Below, in pieces: positions 52,672 to 56,202 of a DNA stretch of 56,202 nucleotides; within the stretch, counting starts at the first letter, position 1, and each line of letters starts with the position of its first letter. Under the pieces are notes generated by a model. It saw only the letters and a list, made by a program, of their open reading frames with translations. It had not been told where the DNA came from and did no database searches. Source of the DNA: Parcubacteria group bacterium (GTDB lineage: Bacteria; Patescibacteriota; Minisyncoccia; UBA6257); assembly GCA_012798235.1 (NCBI GenBank), contig JAAZNP010000022.1, positions 1-56,202 of the forward strand. The letters are read 5' to 3'. The position numbers and the translations under genes are program-made.

Positions 52672-53931
52672 CTAAAAAAGTTCCTTTTGGCTAGGATTGG
52701 GCGTTTCTGGAAGAATCACTTTAACTTTGCCGTACTCTCCATCATATCCCGGCTCTAAATGAACTTTCCCTTCACGAACTAAAATAATGCTTTGGGCGAT
52801 ATTTTCCGAAACAAATTTTTTCAAATCCTCAAATGAAGCATCGAGTAAAATATTAAATTCATTAGGAAAATGATTGATCAATTTTTGGTATTCTTCTTCT
52901 ACGGCCTTGGTTTTTGCCTGACATTTTAAAGCATCAGCAATAATTTCTTTTAGAGGCACTAAGCTTTTATAAGGAATAGCATTAGGGGGCAGATATCCTT
53001 CTTCCCGATCAGCTAATTCATCAACTCGTGATAAAACTCCAATGGTTAATGGTTTCCCACAAACCGGACACATACCATTTACTTTTTTCCTTGCTTCGGG
53101 AGACATCCGCACTTGGCACAAACGATGTCCATCATAATGATATTTACCCTCTTCGGGGAAAAATTCAATAGTATAAAGAAATTTATTTTTATCTTTTTTA
53201 ACTATTGCTTCCCGGAAACTGGAATAATTAAAATCAATATCCAAAACATTAGCTTCGCGACCGATATTATCTGGAGAATGAGCATCAGAATTAGAAACTA
53301 AAGTAAATTTATCTAACGCCGAAACACGCCAATTCATTTTCGGATCGCTGCTTAAACCAGTTTCTAAAGCGGCAAGGTATTTTGTATTTTCCCCAAAAGC
53401 CTCTTCCAAAGAATTAAAGCCAGACATTGAGCCAAAAACAGCAAACCAAGGAGTCCAAATATGAGCAGGGATAAACATGGCTTGAGGCTCAGTATTAATT
53501 ACAATTTTCAATAATTCTTCAGAGTCCATGCCTAAAATGGGTCGACCATCAGCCTTTAAATTTCCTTGCCATGATAAAACATTATTTATTTTTTCTGCTG
53601 TTTCTAAAGAAGGAAGAATAACAACATTATGAACTCTTCTGGTTTTCCCCTGGCGATTATAAATATTAGAAATTTCACCAGTGATAACAAATCTAACTTT
53701 CGCATTATTACTTAAAGTATAAAAGCCTTCTTCGGCTGGCTCTAATTTAGTCTTTAGTTCGGCGAACCATTCGGGATGAGTAAAATCACCAGTGCCAATA
53801 ATATCAATACCTTTTCTTTGAGCAGAAAAAGCAATATGCTCTAAGTCCATATCTCGAGAAGTGGCTCGGGAATATTTAGAGTGAAGATGCAAGTCAGCAA
53901 TGAGTTTCATAAAGAGATAAATAGGCGTCAT
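52672..53931 (-). CDS. endoQ: endonuclease Q (PHP-domain, deaminated/abasic-site endonuclease) homologue
   Basis: ADLHLHSKYS, GTGDFTHPEW, RRVHNVVILPS, DGRPILG, FIPAHIWTPW, SNSDAHSP, GKYHYDGHRLC and the zinc finger CPVCGKPLTIGVLSRV are collinear with archaeal EndoQ as I remember it. An alternative start is M8 (53910). Confidence 0.75.
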   Translation of the reverse strand: MTPIYLFMKLIADLHLHSKYSRATSRDMDLEHIAFSAQRKGIDIIGTGDFTHPEWFAELKTKLEPAEEGFYTLSNNAKVRFVITGEISNIYNRQGKTRRVHNVVILPSLETAEKINNVLSWQGNLKADGRPILGMDSEELLKIVINTEPQAMFIPAHIWTPWFAVFGSMSGFNSLEEAFGENTKYLAALETGLSSDPKMNWRVSALDKFTLVSNSDAHSPDNIGREANVLDIDFNYSSFREAIVKKDKNKFLYTIEFFPEEGKYHYDGHRLCQVRMSPEARKKVNGMCPVCGKPLTIGVLSRVDELADREEGYLPPNAIPYKSLVPLKEIIADALKCQAKTKAVEEEYQKLINHFPNEFNILLDASFEDLKKFVSENIAQSIILVREGKVHLEPGYDGEYGKVKVILPETPNPSQKELF

Positions 53932-53933
53932 GC

Positions 53934-54061
53934 CCCCTCACTTGGAAAAGATTTGCTAATGCAAAATACTCATAAAATAGAAAATCTTAGAATAAGTAAT
54001 TATTTCTTGTCAAGAAATTTTCTAGATTTATGAAATAAATTTATCTTTTCCAAGTGAGGGG
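53934..54061. repeat. 128-bp element bounded by perfect 19-bp inverted repeats (MITE-like), carrying a promoter
   Basis: CCCCTCACTTGGAAAAGAT (53934..53952) and ATCTTTTCCAAGTGAGGGG (54043..54061) flank 90 bp. TGC lies on both outer sides (53931..53933 and 54062..54064). The interior on the minus strand has TTGACA(54013..54008)-18-TAAGAT(53989..53984), pointing at endoQ. Confidence 0.6.
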
Positions 54062-54133
54062 TGCCCCTACGAGGATTTGAACCCCGATCTCAACCTCCGA
54101 AGGATCGCGCTCTATCCCTTGAGCTATAAAGGC
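54062..54133 (-). tRNA. tRNA-Arg (anticodon UCG)
   Basis: Hand-folded: acceptor GCCTTTA/TAGGGGC (two G.U), D arm GCTC-AAGGGATA-GAGC, anticodon arm CGATC-CTTCGGA-GGTTG, T arm CGGGG-TTCAAAT-CCTCG, discriminator A. Confidence 0.85.
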
Positions 54134-54139
54134 GTTAAT

Positions 54140-55312
54140 TTAATACGCTAAAAACGTCTGACAAACTGCCCCTGCAACTAAGGCGAAAAATAAAGCAAAG
54201 AAAATAAAGCGATTAAAGGGGACTTCAAAAGCGGGAATTAAATCTGATTTTTGTTTTGCTTTCTTTAAGATTAAAAGAATCATTGCTCCTTCAAATCCTC
54301 CTAACATTCCTCCCATAAAAGAAATAAGTTTTAAAACATTAGCAAAATGGAAAAAATATAAAATTAAGGGGCCGCCGATCACAACAAAGTTACTAATAAA
54401 TACTGACCAATGAAAATCGTTAGTAAAACTATTTTTTATATAAACAGCAAAAATTAAATAAGATGTAACAACAGCTAAAAATCCTAACAAAGCTCCCAAA
54501 AAAACAATAACAGGACCTAAAATTAATTTCAGGCCATTAATAGCTTCGATGGTTGTGGCCGAGCCGCTAACTCCAGTAATTGTAATCATAAATATTAAAT
54601 AACACACTGCGGCAATAATAATTCCTGATATTACAATTGATTTTAAAAACTCTTTGGGAGCCCTTCTTTTTTGTAAAATCCTTAAAGCCTCAGGCACTGC
54701 CACCATACCATTTAAAGCATAAAACAAAACACCATAAGGAATAAGCCAAGCCCATTTAAAAACAGAGTGCACCAAATTCACATTAACCCAATGGAAATGA
54801 GGCAAAACATAAATAGCAATAACAAGAAATAAAACCAATAATAATAAAGATAAAATTAGATTAATCCTCGTGGCATGATCTCTTTTACTTAAAATAATTA
54901 AACTTAAAATAAGCCAAAGAAAAATCACTAAAAATCCATCGGGAAAAAGATTGCTAGGCAAAAAAGTCGCTAAAATAGTGTGTAAAAACTTACTTCCTAA
55001 AAGCAAATAGATTAATAAAGAAAAAGAAAAAGTGAAAAATGTAGTTAAGAGCATTAATTTTTTAGCAGGAGCGCCTAAATAATAGCCAGCATAACCAGGC
55101 AAACGAAAATCTTTTCCTGTGCGTAAAACAATTTCCCCAAAAGCCAAATGCAAATAAATAATAAATACCAGAACTATTCCCAGCCATAAAAGAGTAATTA
55201 ATAATCCTGACTGTTGGGCGATATAAGGCAAAGTAAAAACGCCGGCACCAATAATGGTGCCCACCAAAGCAGCTAAAGCTTCTAACTTTATTGGTAAATA
55301 CTTTTTAAACAC
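54140..55312 (-). CDS. amino-acid permease-like transporter (about 11 TM helices)
   Basis: LAALVGTIIGAGVFTLPYIAQQSGL is typical of the aromatic/small amino-acid transporter N-terminus. Polytopic. Confidence 0.55.
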   Translation of the reverse strand: MFKKYLPIKLEALAALVGTIIGAGVFTLPYIAQQSGLLITLLWLGIVLVFIIYLHLAFGEIVLRTGKDFRLPGYAGYYLGAPAKKLMLLTTFFTFSFSLLIYLLLGSKFLHTILATFLPSNLFPDGFLVIFLWLILSLIILSKRDHATRINLILSLLLLVLFLVIAIYVLPHFHWVNVNLVHSVFKWAWLIPYGVLFYALNGMVAVPEALRILQKRRAPKEFLKSIVISGIIIAAVCYLIFMITITGVSGSATTIEAINGLKLILGPVIVFLGALLGFLAVVTSYLIFAVYIKNSFTNDFHWSVFISNFVVIGGPLILYFFHFANVLKLISFMGGMLGGFEGAMILLILKKAKQKSDLIPAFEVPFNRFIFFALFFALVAGAVCQTFLAY

Positions 55313-55323
55313 AATTTTATTTT

Positions 55324-55578
55324 TTATTCTTGCGCAAGATAAACTTCATCACCTTCCTTAGCTTTTTGTTCTACCTGTAAACCAATGATATCTCCTTTTT
55401 TAGCTGTTTCAATATTTTGATGCTCAATTTGCATTGAAGAAACAATCTGCTCAAAATCAGTACTGTGCCCTTTAATATGAATTTTATCACCAACTTTAAG
55501 AGTGGCTTTTAATTCAACGATAGCTACATTTATTTTATCGTAATAATGAGTTATTTTGCCAATTAATTTTTCTTCCAT
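55324..55578 (-). CDS. small beta-barrel protein resembling EF-Tu domain 2
   Basis: VGDKIHIKG ... AKKGDIIGLQV ... EGDEVY pattern, 84 aa. Confidence 0.4.
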   Translation of the reverse strand: MEEKLIGKITHYYDKINVAIVELKATLKVGDKIHIKGHSTDFEQIVSSMQIEHQNIETAKKGDIIGLQVEQKAKEGDEVYLAQE

Positions 55579-55632
55579 AAAATAAGAAAGATAAATATTT
55601 ATATTTTTAACGACCTTTGAATTATTAATAAT

Positions 55633-55641
55633 ATTATATCA
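55633..55641 (-). promoter_or_regulatory. extended -10 promoter (TGaTATAAT) downstream of rtcB
   Basis: Minus strand: tataaTGATATAATattattaataattcAAAGGTCGTTAAAAAT, ahead of gene 55324..55578. Confidence 0.4.
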
Positions 55642-55662
55642 TTATAAAAACAAAATCTCAAA

Positions 55663-56202
55663 TTACCCCTTAATCACGGCTAAGGGCTTTAATTGGGCAA
55701 CTTTCTTTGCTAAACCAGCTTGGTCTACGACTTCTACAACCTCATCAATATCTTTATAAGCTTGGGGTGCTTCTTCGGCTAAACTAGAAACTGAATCGAC
55801 TTTTACGATTATTCCTTTGCTTTCCATAACCTTTTTTAATTCCTTACCCGAAATTTTTCTTAAGCTCTCATGTCGAGACATCGTGCGTCCCGCGCCATGA
55901 CACGCAGAATAAAAACTTTTTTCTGCTTCTTCGGTGCCATGTAAAACATAAGAAGCAGTTCCCATAGAGCCAGGAATTAATACGGGCTGCCCTGCTGTTT
56001 TATATTTGATAGGAATTTCTGGGTGTTGTGGCGGAAAGGCTCGTGTCGCTCCTTTGCGATGAACCGCTAATTCTTTTATCTCATTGTCAATTTTATATTT
56101 TTCTAATTTAATAATATTATGAGCAACATCATAAAGCGCTTTTAAGCCACCTATTTTTTCGCCAAAAACATTTTTCCAAGCCTGACGAACATAATAAGCA
56201 AT
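55663..56202 (-). CDS. rtcB: RNA ligase RtcB, C-terminal part (gene continues beyond window end)
   Basis: The frame is open from the window end: IAYYVRQAWKNVFGE...LAVHRKGATRAFPP...GQPVLIPGSMGTASYVLHG...SACHGAGRTMSR. The track lists only the part from the internal Met (55663..55965). Confidence 0.85.
   Translation of the reverse strand: MAYYVRQAWKNVFGEKIGGLKALYDVAHNIIKLEKYKIDNEIKELAVHRKGATRAFPPQHPEIPIKYKTAGQPVLIPGSMGTASYVLHGTEEAEKSFYSACHGAGRTMSRHESLRKISGKELKKVMESKGIIVKVDSVSSLAEEAPQAYKDIDEVVEVVDQAGLAKKVAQLKPLAVIKG

Noticed and set aside
1384-53301. Short ORFs nested antisense or out-of-frame inside long, well-supported genes. Plus strand: 1384..1797, 2724..2909, 5235..5447, 6071..6253, 6501..6734, 9614..9949, 10135..10341, 15219..15428, 16793..17023, 18581..18928, 22044..22424, 23111..23611, 25136..25324, 26453..26704, 29923..30156, 30292..30525, 30913..31164, 32510..32743, 34665..34925, 36563..36802, 37163..37360, 38207..38410, 41435..41671, 42407..42724, 43477..43740, 45131..45367, 46058..46261, 51395..51619, 53113..53301. 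Minus strand: 18020..18226, 18659..18880, 26942..27124, 27918..28139, 28287..28496, 46866..47060, 48807..49001.
   Set aside because: Every one lies fully within a conserved housekeeping or otherwise well-supported gene. AT-rich genomes produce long antisense open frames by chance. The products are Ser/Lys/Phe/Ile-rich low-complexity strings with no recognisable motifs.
53934-54061. Reading the 19-bp inverted repeats around a promoter as an invertible (phase-variable) promoter switch
   Set aside because: No invertase or recombinase gene is nearby. The 90-bp core is short for known invertons. In the flipped orientation the promoter would only read antisense into a tRNA. This remains a point to check in reads, but I do not claim it.
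1-56202. Search by eye for CRISPR arrays, rRNA genes, IS elements, integrases, reverse transcriptase/DGR template-variable repeat pairs and prophage genes
   Set aside because: I saw no regularly spaced direct repeats of 25-40 bp, no rRNA-like conserved blocks, and no ORF with transposase, integrase or RT motifs (for example YxDD). The only repeats found are those reported above.

Overview
This is an AT-rich, gene-dense chromosomal segment. Gene content suggests a small-genome, anaerobic, Patescibacteria/CPR-like bacterium: compact rpoB/rpoC, class III RNR nrdDG, ComEC and many short hypothetical membrane proteins. That lineage call is an inference. The standard genetic code fits, because all housekeeping ORFs are full length with normal stops. 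Most genes lie on the minus strand, often joined by 1-14 nt overlaps (TAATG junctions at 3267, 32027 and 52287).

Core content:
- Transcription: rpoB-rpoC.
- Division: ftsA-ftsZ.
- tRNA synthetases: aspS, hisS, ileS (type-2-like).
- dNTP supply and DNA uptake: nrdD-nrdG, then a split comEC.
- rnc, a short smc-like gene, nusB and trmD.
- Ribosomal proteins L28, S21, L32, L35 and L20.
- A smpB-tmRNA-infC-rpmI-rplT block.
- Others: mnmA, cdaA, pth, lepB, ybeY, ndk, endonuclease Q and a partial rtcB.
- RNA genes: tRNA-Pro(GGG), tRNA-Arg(UCG) and tmRNA.

I saw no rRNA, CRISPR array, transposase, integrase or phage genes.

The first ~7 kb looks accessory. It is a string of small minus-strand transcription units encoding short membrane or secreted proteins of unknown function. 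It also holds a two-gene overlapping cassette and a predicted PD-(D/E)XK nuclease fused to a PUA/EVE-like domain, co-transcribed with a HAD phosphatase. A repeated, structured intergenic module separates these units.

Items most worth follow-up:
1. The repeated hairpin module and a promoter-to-terminator candidate sRNA.
2. The nuclease-reader/HAD operon and its attenuator-like leader.
3. A divergent Elp3/Trm9-like pair, a eukaryote/archaea-style U34 modification route.
4. A rod-like structured RNA upstream of rpmB.
5. A membrane-anchored Clp/Hsp100 paralogue with a degenerate first ATPase module.
6. clpB interrupted by one in-frame TAA.
7. A MITE-like 19-bp inverted repeat carrying a promoter between tRNA-Arg and endoQ.

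All functional calls rest on motif recognition by eye. No database search was run.
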